Of a stretch of 64,000 nucleotides of DNA, positions 51,088-62,459 are shown in pieces. The position numbers and the translations under genes were made by a program. The notes under the pieces were generated by a model. That model worked only from the letters and a program-made list of their open reading frames with translations. It was not told the origin of the DNA and made no database searches. Each line of letters starts with the position of its first letter. The first letter of the stretch is position 1. This DNA is from Podarcis liolepis (Eukaryota), in the NCBI GenBank assembly GCA_965112155.1, contig OZ218106.1. One strand, 5' to 3'.

Positions 51088-51771
51088 CTTCACAGACCAG
51101 GACTCAAGGCATCTAAAACATTTTTTTTAAAAAAAAAACATATAATTTTTTTTAACCTAAAACACACTGATTTCACCCACCAGGACATTTTGTCAAGCAA
51201 CCTGCCCTATGCCTGATGCTATTATATATGACGTCAGGGATGTCATATATGATGACTGAGCTGAAAAGTTGTTTGCAAACAGTGGCGATTTCTGCCCCCA
51301 TTTCTGCTTCAGTCAGAATTCTCTAACATCCCTAGTAATTACACTCCTCCTCTGCCATAATGAGGATACCTGGTTGCACAGTAGCTACATTTTTACTTTC
51401 TCACAGTCTTCCAAAGTGATGCTAGGCTGAGGGTATTTGGGGAAATTAAAAGGGCAGCTAGATGCCTAGAGTGACCAATCAGGGGAAAAAAGAATTCAGG
51501 GAGGCAGGGTAGATACCAGCATGGTCACTGCTAGGATGCTGGGGCCCTGGGAGCTGCCCAAGGATTCCAGGTGCAGATGTAGGACAAGCAGGAATGAGCA
51601 GTGGCATCTGGCTAGCCACAAGAGAGCAAGAAAACACATTGAGCATGGACATCTGCATAGGGAAAGTCTATGCAAGCAGCCTGTCCTTGCTCAGAGCATG
51701 AATGGCAGGGCTGAGGAAACCATGCAATGTAGGAATAGGGCAAGTGGTGCAGTCCACCGTGTATTAAACTA

Positions 51772-51900
51772 GCCAAACTTGGCCCTCCAGCTATTTTTGG
51801 ACTACAACTCCCATCATCCCTAGCTAACAGGACCAGTGGTCAGGGATGATGGGAATTGTAGTCCCAAAAACATCTGGAGGGCCAGGTTTGCCCATCACTG
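51772..51900. mobile_element. Palindromic hAT MITE (same family as 24847)
   Basis: Shared core CCATCATCCCTAGCTAACAGGACCAGTGGTCAGGGATGATGGG; left TIR eroded. Confidence 0.8.
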
Positions 51901-54900
51901 AACTAGAGTAATGTGTGAAGGGGCCTAGACGAATCTGTTCTTCATGTATAAATATAAATATATTATATACATTACAATGCTGCCATGACCAGCTATAAAT
52001 ATAAAGTAGGCAATCAGATTAAGGAGCTTAAACCAAAGAAACAACAGATACAAAATCTTAAAAAGACACCGGCCAATCTCCAATTTTTCCAAAACAGAAA
52101 AAGGATTACAGGGGGAGAATAACATGTTTAGAAGTTTGTACTGGGCCCAGAGAAGTGATTGTTTGGTTGTTACAAATGTGCATATAATTAAATGACTTAA
52201 TCCTTATGTTTAAAGAAAAGGGCAATTAATGGTCAATCAGTAGCCAAAGAAAGAAAATATTGTTTATTTTCTTCCGTCCAGCTACTCATTCAGGATTAAC
52301 TGGAAGGCTGGGTTAACTGGAAAACCACCATCACATTTACTGCGCAGACAGATTCATGCAGAGTCATGGAGATTAGCAGACACAACAGAAGCCTTGTGTA
52401 TCTGCCCTGGTTAGATCTATAAATCCAGACTACCCAAGATGGAGGCTGTGAACTTGCATACTAAAAATACTGAACTAGTGTAATGCTTCATATTGCCAGA
52501 ATATTGATTCACAATTATCGTCACACGTACAGGAATTTTTTATAGGTGTACAGCATGTGGTGTTTCTTTACACAACTTGGCCACCAACTTCCTCAACATG
52601 AAACAACAGAGTTCACAACCTCAAGATTAATTTAACCTTGTGTTTGTTATGTTGAACTATTCTTTAGATTCACAACTGAATACATCCTTGGTTACAATGC
52701 CACAAACTAAGGGCCTGTCCACACTTGTCCCAAGTCAAGAAACCTTGTGTCCAAGTGGTTTGCAGCTTGTCCAATGGCTTTCCCCTGTAAAACCTTCTCT
52801 TTAGCATGAAATTGGAGTGAACGTCAATCTGGAGAAAACCCAATGAACATTTGCTCCAATTCAATAGTAAGCAGTGGGTTTTCCCGGGGGAAAGCGGGGG
52901 GGGGGGGTGTTTACAGAAATATAGATGAACCCTGAAAGAGGTGTGGGAATCCAATGCTGATTTGGTGGGACAGAAGCAGCAACTCAGTAATATGCTGAGG
53001 GGAAAAGACATTAAACTGTAATATTTGTTAGCAACACAGTTCTTTCAGGCTAATTGCACAATGATATATAGGCTGACAAGAAGCCATGGTGAAGTGTATG
53101 AAAGGACTTTAATCACCGACTTGGTCTTTTAAAGGAAAGATCAGAATAAAAAGAGTTCAGCTTCTCTGCCTTGAAAACAGTTATACAACTCAGGGATGAA
53201 TGAGTAATCCAAGCATCTTTGCTCCTATGAGCACTTAGTAGCAACATTTCAATACAGCGACCTGCCTTGCAGAAATATGTGCTTGATTTTCCGTTAGTTA
53301 ATAGCCAGCAAGAACCTGAGTTATGTGGATGACAAAAGTTCACACAGCATCTTGTGGCCTCCTTTCTGAGCAGTCCAAGGAATGAATCATAAATCACTCT
53401 TCTTAAGTGAGTCATGCTTATTGCAATGAAAAAGCCAGCATCTGTTTGAGAACAGTTTATCAGTATTTATAGCAAGGCTTTATTGTAAGTTCTGCCATGT
53501 TCAAACTGGTCGTGAGGCTGCCAGCCTGTTTTGTGGCTGCTCTGTTGTGGCTTTGTAGTTAGTCATAAAGAGAGAGCAAAGGTGTCATTTAATATTACAG
53601 CACATGGGGTTTGCTTTTATAACTACATTGGTGTGTTCATCCACCTGCAAAGTTTGCACAATCTTCCTAAGTTTAATGTGGAGTGTGGGTGTGTATGTTA
53701 AACTAAAAAACCAAGGTAGGGGTACAAAGAATTACACAGAATATATTTATGGAAGTATGAAAAGTATGGAATGGATATGGAATCTCATATGTGTCAGTTT
53801 TGTATTTAAAGATATGTATGGGGCACTGCAAAAAAAAATAATAGAGCTACTTAACATTTATAAATATAGTGATTTTAATCTATTATAACAACATTTTCTA
53901 TCACAAATATACAAATAAAAAAATGTAAACACATTTTCATATTTTTGTGAGCCAAAAACTGTATTGCATGATTCACAGAACTGCAAAATTGTAAAAAAAA
54001 ATATGTACTGATCTGCACATGAGTCAAGGAAGTGAAGATCAGGACAGAACAGTACAAATTGGAATTTACAAAAATTGAATTCATCAGGCATCCAAACAGA
54101 AGTACTGCTTGTGGAAGTTTGTCTGACTATGGAGGTGGTATTCAGACTATTCTAGACAGAATCTGACTTGTCCTAAAGGATCAGGATTGATGTCTTGTTG
54201 TGGGGGAAGGGTAGAGTCTGACTGATCCACCCCAAGCTGTTTCTGTGGCACATTCACCAATGGAAGATCATGCACCAATTGCAACTGCCTCTGGATAATG
54301 ACATTCTAGACACAGTAATTCATGTGCTGACAAATCTGAACTACAACTCCCATCAACCTTGACTATTGGCCACAAGAGCTGAGGCTTATGGGAATTGTAG
54401 TCTGACAACATCTGGAGAGCAGCAGCTTGGAAATCCCTAGTTTATCTTAGTGGGTCTCCTGTTTATTCTAATTCTCAAACCATTATCTTAGCTCAGCAAG
54501 TGATCCATAGCAAATTCACCTCCGCAGTTCATTAGAGGTAACAGTGCTGTTACCTCAAGGGACCCAGGTAGTGCTTCTTCTTGCCTGTGTGCTCAAAGCA
54601 GGGCTGACATTCTACTGTATTTGGTGATCAGTATTTTATTCTCCAATGGCAAATAGGCTTGCCCTGCAGGGTTTAGCATGCCTCATCCTGGAGTCATTCC
54701 AGTTCACCTTACTATAATCGCTTCTTCATGCACATCTTTCAGTGTCTCTCCTGACAGCGGCCTGCCTTGTTCTCAAAGCGCTTCCTAAAAGAGACTCCAT
54801 TCTGAAGCAGCAACTCCTCCAGCTCACTCCCAGGCTCTCATTTGGTCTCCATGCCAACCACTTGCTGTGAACTCCTATCTCCCTCCTCAGGTGACATTAT

Positions 54901-56003
54901 TTTAGGAGGACTCCACCTTTCTGCCATACTGATTCTTTCTTTTTAATTAAGGCGCATACGGTAATCCTGGTTTATCTCAAAGATTGCCCCATTAAATTAA
55001 TCGTGATGAAATCCCATTCCAAATTATACACACATTGTGGTCAAATTAAAGACACTAGGCAAATGTTTACAATGGAATCCTTTCCTGCATCCAGCCACCA
55101 ACGCTGTCCCAGGGGCAAATGCAGGATCAAACATCTGTTTTACTATTATCTTTCCATGAAATATTTTGCACATTAACCTCTAAAGCTCATAGCTTTAATT
55201 CAATTACTTAGATAGAGCCTTTAGGTTTTAACATAATTAAGAGAGGAATAAGGTGGTCAGGTATTGATTCTCTCTCCACGTTTTGGGTTGGTGGAAAAGC
55301 ACACTCACAAATAACTTTGGGACCTGGAAGTTCAAGGACAATCCAACTGAAGAAAATGCAAAATGAGTGCATTTCCTTGTGTAACTAGAATTGTCTTGCA
55401 TGACTTCACTCCTTCTTGATGCCTTTAATTTCCTTTCTAATGTGGGGTCTGGCTGCCTGTTTGTAATACCTGTTAATATAAGGGCCCAGCTTACTATTTC
55501 GGCATATTCTTAGTACAAGGAGTTCTGTAATAGATAGATAAACTATATGTGCAGCAGCTGGAAAACAGAAATTGAAGATTTGCCCTTTTGCTCACTTGTT
55601 AGGCAATGTCGCTTGCACAGGACGTAATTATATAATTTCCAAAAGATGTAATCTAGGGATCCAGATTTATTCACACTTAGTGTAGGTCAATTGACATCAA
55701 TGGAACATATATCAAGCCCTAACCTAAGTTCCATTGATTTTAATGGATCTGTTCAAAGTATAGCTTCCAGTTCTTTTCATTTCTCCTACAGATGTTGTTA
55801 ATAAAATGTGGCCCTAGTTCATCCAATCTTGGGTCCAGTTGCCATTATATTAAGTCAATGCAATATTGCAGTCTCGTGGCAAAGGGATATGTGGAACAAG
55901 GGGATTTCTGAGATATATCCAGACTCACGGTTTGACTTTCTATGTCAAACCCAAGAAGATTTAATTCTGCTCAACAGAGGATGGCCAGAGGTTGACTTTA
56001 AAG

Positions 56004-56139
56004 CAGTGTTGGCCAGCCTTAGGTCTCCAGCTGTTTTTGGACTACTACTCCCATCATCCCCAGCTAGAAGGACCAGTGCTCAGGGATGATGGGAATTGTA
56101 ATCTAAAAACAGCTGGAGACCTAAGGTTGGGAAACACTG
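56004..56139. mobile_element. Palindromic hAT MITE (related family)
   Basis: CAGTGTT..CCTTAGGTCTCCAGCTGTTTT / AAAACAGCTGGAGACCTAAGG..AACACTG; TSD CTTTAAAG/CTTTAGAG. Confidence 0.88.
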
Positions 56140-57518
56140 CTTTAGAGCACATGTGGAATCTATGTTGCGTAGTGGCCTCCGTAAAAAGACCAAAATCATC
56201 TTTATGCCAAGTAGCCATGCTCTCTTCATAACCTGAATACATTAATATTTCAGTCCTTACTGGATTCAGTTACAGTCACCTTTTTCATATTCAGTCTCAC
56301 CCCTATATCAAGTCTCTGCATAATTGCTGGGGCTTGGGAAGAAGATAAATGTGTAAAAACTGGAGCAAATATTGAAGCACCTGTCAGCTGCCACATTGGT
56401 CAAGAAACAACTGATATTCAATAATATCAAAGGTCACAGACAGGACTTAGTATCCATAGCCCATAATTTGCACTGCTGACCTCCAAATACTGAACACTGA
56501 CTAGGCTCATAATCAGAAGTTTAATACTCTACTGACAAAGGAAACTTCACCACCATGGGGCCTGGAATACTGTGTCCCCCAGATACACCTGTGACTACAA
56601 GGTGACCTACTCATTTCACTTTACACTAAAAGGGAAGGTTAAGTGTGAGAGTGGAAAAATATCACAAGTTTGTGTGACTGGCCCTTGAAAGTGTGTAAGC
56701 AAGTACTGCCCAGCATAGGCCTAGCTTTTCTCAATGAGTCTTCATCAGTCTGGACACACCAATCCATCTCAACTAGTTAAATAGTTGGTTCCTCCCAGTC
56801 TACAATAGTAGGCCATAAACTCTGCAGTGCTAAACAAGCCACAAAATTTCAGACTCTGCAGCTGAGCTAATGTTTGCCAACCACTAACGTGTTTTGTTTT
56901 TCCAGGCAATCTAAAACAATCCAGGTGCCATGTGCCAAGTGTCTCACATCTTGGATCATAAAGAGTAGACATCATTTCCCTGTTGCCTGTACCATCATGA
57001 CAGTGGGCCAGAAAGACAGAGCTATTCTATTTCAGCAAGAAGCTGTCTTAGGAGATTTAGGGATGAAAGCTCTGAGTCTGACAGATTCAGTCATTCCAGT
57101 TACAGATTTCACCTATCTAATAAGTATCATTGCCATATCTGGTCAGTTCTCTAGTCTGAATAAAAGATATCAGCCAGCTGCTGCTTTCTGCATTTATACC
57201 TTACCTTGCCTACCCTGCTGGGTTATTTTTCACCCTTTACCATACCTCAGAAGAAAAGCCTTACCCAGCCACTGCAACTCCAACTCCTAGCAAGAGTGTT
57301 TGATTTCATATTGTCTCCCACTCTCAAATATAAACCCCTTGGTCATCATGAAGTATCTCTGAGAACAGTCTGTTTTAAGACTAACAAAACAATTCAGTCA
57401 CAAATTCACATTTTTAATTTGTCTCGTATGAGTTGTATTAATTGAGTGCAGAATTTATTCTTGCTTTCTTCTGCCTTTCACCTGCTTCAGCCCATTTCTC
57501 CTAAAAACTGATACTTAC

Positions 57519-57634
57519 TGATTCCCATAGCTGTAATCAGTTTAATAGCAAGGTCTGGGATTTCACACTGGATAAAAAATGGTTCCAACATGTAACGTCC
57601 AAATGCCAGGGAAATCACTGCTGTGGCAGCAGGG
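57519..57634 (-). CDS. SLC7A11: SLC7A11 coding exon 3
   Basis: 116 nt, ttgcag|...|gtaagt; [38 protein letters not shown](T), including the Cys equivalent to human C158 (disulfide to 4F2hc). Confidence 0.98.
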
Positions 57635-58744
57635 CTGCAATAAAGAAAGAAAGGGGGGAAAGGTTGGTCAGTTTACAGGTAGATATGGAGATTATTTACA
57701 GTATACATGCCTACATGACATGTCAGGCTGTGTCAAATATACTACACATGCCAAATTGCTGGTGAATTTTCATGAATGCAAACTGATGTGGAAATGTAGA
57801 GAACTGAACAACATTTAAAATATGTGAAGCTGAGAAAAACAGAAATTAATAGATTTGCCCATCCCTACTTCCAGAGTTTTAGGACATTGTCATTGTCATC
57901 CTATGAAGGCTGGATAACATTTGCAATTATGAATTGCTTGTGTGAACAGTCTAGTCACTTGAACACTGTAACATCAGAAAATATAACTCACACAACTATT
58001 GTGACTACCCTTCTGCCAAGCAGAAAAACGTTTTTTGCACTCTTTTTAAAAATGATTTTATATATATATATATATGAAATTCATTTAAACAGGAACAAGT
58101 TCTTTTGTTCTCCCTTTTGTGCTCTTGGTAGCTGTGATTCCTGTGCTTTTGGGACTTTTTCTTGCCTCATAATCTTGAGGTTTTCATAAGTGTCATGTCT
58201 ACATTTTGTGATGGTCACAGTCACCAGGCCTTATTAAAATGAGGAACTATCCCTAAAGAAACTTACTTTGCACAAAAATCTACAAGCAGAAGAAACCGAT
58301 TGCTATAAACAATTGCTGGAATTCAAATACGTAGAATTCAAATACATAGAACATATGCCAACACTATAGGGCATGGTGTTTCATAACTGTGGCTTGGTGT
58401 GATGTTAGAATTGGTTCCTGCTCTAAACCAATTCTGGTTTAGACCCTTTTCTTAAACAAAGCAAGAACAGATGTTGTGGAATCCAGCTCCCAAAATCCCT
58501 AGTCAACATCCCTAGCCAATGATCAAGATAGCAGTTGTAGTCCAACATCTGTAGGGCGGCATATTGACTAACCCAGCTACATTCGGTGGAGGAAGTGTGT
58601 TGAGTGTCTTGAGAAACTGGAAACCATAGCTAGAAGTGTCTTTGCAAACTGATTTGGCTAGGTGGAAGCTGAGACAGGCAAGTGAGAGGTAATATTACAG
58701 TCCAAGGACAAATTCCAGCCAGGCAAAGGTACTCAATAACTGTA

Positions 58745-58920
58745 TGAAGAACAGGAGAATCAAGTCAATGGCCCATCTAGTCCAGCGTTGTGTTGTCACA
58801 GTGGACACTCAGATGCTCATGGTAAACCTTCAGGCAGGGCTCATGCACATGCATGGCTCCCAGGACCTTGAAGGCAGAGGATAGGAATTGTGGCTAGTAG
58901 CCACTGGTGGCCTTATTGTC
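58745..58920 (-). mobile_element. CR1 LINE 3' fragment
   Basis: GGCCCATCTAGTCCAGC..TCACAGTGG..CAGATGC..CTAGTAGCCA, antisense CR1 end. Confidence 0.65.
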
Positions 58921-58939
58921 CAATTAGGGAACTGGGCAG

Positions 58940-59461
58940 CGGGGCTGTCTTAAGTATATCTGGTGCCATGGTGCAAAGATCCCTCTGGTGCCCCCCCCAG
59001 CAACTCCAAAACAAGGGAGGGAGTGGTAGAAAATGTCCTCTGCCTCCCCCACCGCCCCGATCCCCAGCGTGGTGGCGGCGATCATGCAGGAAAATGTGCT
59101 GGCGGACATGCTCTCTGGCATTGGGGCGCCTGGGAAGGCAGCCCAGGAAGGCTGTGCACTGCCTTTCACCAGGAAGCAGGAGGAGGACAACGACCGGGAG
59201 CAGGGTCGCCTTTAGCAGACGCAGAGGCTTGGGAGGGAAGCTGCACACAGCCTCTGCAGGCATCACTCTCCTCCTGTGGGGGCTTGGGAAGGAAGCTGCT
59301 CGTCCGCCAGCCATATAGTTGGTGGGGCGCAGCTGGTGGGCATGCAGGTAAAGGGGAGGCTGCCGGCAAAGCTGTGCAGCTCCCCCACTTGCTAGGACAC
59401 CCCTGAGAGGCCCACGCCCTAGCACAACGAACCACTAACACCAATGGGAAAGACGGCACTG
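58940..59461. mobile_element. 522-bp GC-rich non-autonomous hAT element
   Basis: TIR CGGGGCTGTCTT / AAGACGGCACTG (9/12); perfect TSD CTGGGCAG (58932-58939, 59462-59469). Confidence 0.85.
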
Positions 59462-59960
59462 CTGGGCAGGGTCCTCAGGGTCAAAATGACACCTGGAGAG
59501 TTGCATCCAGGCTGAAAATGATTCCCCATTAAGGCTATTTTGAATGTAGAAGCGGAGAAAGAGTTAAGCACCTCAGTCCCTGCCCACTTCTTTGCTCCAA
59601 ATTCCAGGCTCACAAAACTGCTTTTCTTTATAAAAACAAAGCCAGGATTGGGGCTCTCTTATATACATTGCATACTATGCTAAAGTACTTGACTCATCCT
59701 TTAAAAAAATAAATAGATGCCAAATTTATTGACACAACGCCAATCAATTTATAGCAGAAACTTAAAGCATTATTTTGGCAGGGGAGGCACTCTTGATAAC
59801 TGCAGATCTGGACAAGCATGTATCCCAGGATGCATGCCATATTGTGGCTTGAAAGGATCTTGCCTTTATTTGTTTTGTGTTGGGTGTGGATTAACACTTG
59901 CTAATCAATTCAGTGTGTTCCCAGGAGAGTGACGCACCTCAAATATATATCCCATTCAGA

Positions 59961-59971
59961 GTGACTGAGCA
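59961..59971 (+). promoter_or_regulatory. Candidate NRF2/sMAF antioxidant response element, intron 2
   Basis: GTGACTGAGCA followed by AT-rich CAATT; motif match only. Confidence 0.4.
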
Positions 59972-61137
59972 CAATTGTTGTTAACCAAATCCTTTATTGC
60001 TACAGCTTGTTACGTGGGCGTATGAAGCAATAAGAACAACTAAAATAAGCTACGTAAATACATGGGACATGGGGTGGGAGAGGGAGAGGAAATGAGAACG
60101 CATATTTGTTTCACTTGTATGGATTATCTTTAGTAACACAAGCTCCTCAGATGCAGAATTAGAGTAACTACATCCACAAGCTAAACTGCCTACAGATAAA
60201 CCTGTTAGCTCCCACAGGTGCTCAAACTGTATTTGTTGTGATATGAGAGCTATTTTAAACAGCATAGTAAACACTGAGCAATTCACATAACATAATGAGG
60301 CATTGTGCTTATTTACTAAGCCAACTGGCAGTGTAAATTGTAGGTTAACAATGTTGTAAATGGGCCACTAAGACTATAAAAATGGAATCTCTTGGGCTAG
60401 GGGGCGGGAGAACTTGTAGGTTGAAACCAGTTTAGCCAGCTCTACTTCTTTTTCACACAGGGAATAAAGTGTTAGAGGAAGTGCAATATTCTCAGATCAC
60501 CCTGGGGCAACAGAACACAATTTCAGTCTAACATAGATTTTCACATTTTACTAAAAGACACCTACAAGTGAAGCTTTAAATTTGTTCAGGACCACTTCAG
60601 ATCTTGCTCCTGAACACCCATCAGTCGCCCTCTTCCTTGTCACTGTTTGGTGTATATTGTGGTCTAAAACACTGTGCCCACCCACAGAGTTCCCACAACC
60701 TGCCATGCCCAACCCACTGGAATTTCCAGTGGGGCTCCCTTTTATAAGAGAAAGCAGGGCATTGATTTACAGCTTCTTTTCTACCAAAGACTCCAAGGCA
60801 GGGTTTAGAAATATTACTACATAGTCAATACTATATTGAAGTAGAATGGAGGCACGAAGCATATTGAAATGTTAGCCCTAGCCATATTTGTCACAATGCT
60901 AGACTCTGCATGCATACAATTCCATGTGCAATAGACACATGGGAGGGTTCTTTCATATTGTATAGCCCCATCTGACCAAATCTGAATCAAGCACAGGTGT
61001 GCATGTCTCATGGATGCACCAGGGGAGTTGCCGGAAAATGATGATTACTACCTGCAAGTAAGTTTCATAAAAGCCAGCAGACACTGTGATTTATTGGGGG
61101 GAAATTACAAGGCTTGGATAGTTTTAAACCAACATTA

Positions 61138-61146
61138 TGATGCAAC
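61138..61146 (+). promoter_or_regulatory. Candidate ATF4-C/EBP amino-acid response element, intron 2
   Basis: TGATGCAAC; motif match only. Confidence 0.3.
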
Positions 61147-61447
61147 ATGAGGTCTGGGTATTATTAATGTTCTGCTTCAGCTTTTTAGAGCAAACAAAAT
61201 TAAGCATTTTTTTATTTTTAAAAATATTGCTTTTTAGAGCTTCTTAATTTTTACAAATTAACAATTAGCGGTCCAACTATGTCACAAAGGAAATTCTTGG
61301 GAAGCAAGAACAGGAAGCACAAACTAAGGGACAAAACACAGCTGGGCTATGTCCACGCACACCATATTTTTAATTGATTTTTGACTTTCAAAAGCATACT
61401 GGGAGTACAAGACAACAAAACAAAAGATGCAGACAGAATTGACTTAC

Positions 61448-61574
61448 CGTATAATGAGCAGTTCCACCCACACTCTCACAAAAGCAGGTAGAGGGCCAAA
61501 GGCTTCCAGAATGTATGTATAATGCCCACCAGATTTCTTTATGCTTGTGCCCAGTTCAGCATAACAGAGCGCAC
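61448..61574 (-). CDS. SLC7A11: SLC7A11 (xCT) coding exon 2 (exon 1 outside window)
   Basis: 127 nt, tttgtag|GT...CG|gtaagt; translates (G)[41 protein letters not shown](R), matching xCT residues 93-135. Confidence 0.98.
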
Positions 61575-61944
61575 CTACAAAATTATAATTAATATTAAGG
61601 CATCATTTATGAAAGATAGCCATGCTTATCTATAATGAATAGTCAGCCTCATACATTTTATTAGCATACATGTAGCCCAATTTGCTTACATTCAAGCTCC
61701 ACGCCCCATGAAAACTACACAAGACCTATTCATGCAAATGCTTCAGGAGATTTTTTAAAAAAACAACAACAACAACAACTTATTTATTGACTTACCGGTA
61801 TCTTCTGACAATAGGTGGCATCCAACTAAGGCACACTGAGATTCATGGACTTAAGTCCATTGCTTGGACTAGATGATCCACGGATCCCCTTCCAATTCTA
61901 TGAATTTTTTTCATTTCAATGGGACTTCTCTGGGTATGACTAAA

Positions 61945-62035
61945 CAGCACAATTCTAACAAAGTCTACTCTGAAATAAGACCTGTTGAATTCAACAGGGC
62001 TTACTTCCAGATAAGTGGGGTTAGGATTGCTCAGT
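61945..62035. repeat. Short ~90-bp palindromic dispersed repeat (representative copy)
   Basis: CAATTCTA..TCTACTCTGAAATAAG..GAATTCAA..CTTACTTCCAG..TAGGATTG; related copies near 15950, 30925, 35800, 39500, 46255, 63760. Confidence 0.65.
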
Positions 62036-62228
62036 TTATTTTGAATCACAATCAGCAACTATGTGCAAACATCCCTTTCCAACCAGGACTACTAGTCCTG
62101 CAGTTGATTGTGTTACTTCATACAATTAATTGTGGGTGCCCTGAGCCTCTGCAGACAGTTGGCCATTATTCAAATTGTCTTGAAAAAGGGAAGACTTGTG
62201 ATTAGGCAACAAAATACAGTCAACAATA

Positions 62229-62459
62229 CAGTGGTACCTCGGGTTAAGTACTTAATTTGTTCCGGAGGTCCATTCTTAACCTGAAACTGTTCTTACCCTG
62301 AAGCACCACTTTAGCTAATGAGGCCTCCCGCTGCCGCCGCATGATTTCTGTTCTCATCCTGAAGCAAAGTTCTTAACCCAAGGTACTATTTCTGGATTAG
62401 CGGAGTCTATAACCTGAAGCATATGTAACCTGAAGCGTATGTAACCCGAGGTACCACTG
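62229..62459. mobile_element. Tc1/mariner (Tigger/pogo-like) MITE, copy 3, intron 1
   Basis: TIR CAGTGGTACCTCGGGTTA / TAACCCGAGGTACCACTG, TA TSD; internal orientation opposite to copies 1 and 2. Confidence 0.92.

Noticed and set aside
51229-51262. Perfect CRE TGACGTCA with a nearby ARE-like ATGACTGAGC
   Set aside because: Within a repeat-derived motif also seen near 115-135; probably TE sequence and within chance
58890-59459. Overlapping 142-170 aa ORFs on both strands
   Set aside because: They lie in a GC-rich TIR/TSD-bounded element where stops are scarce; no recognisable domain
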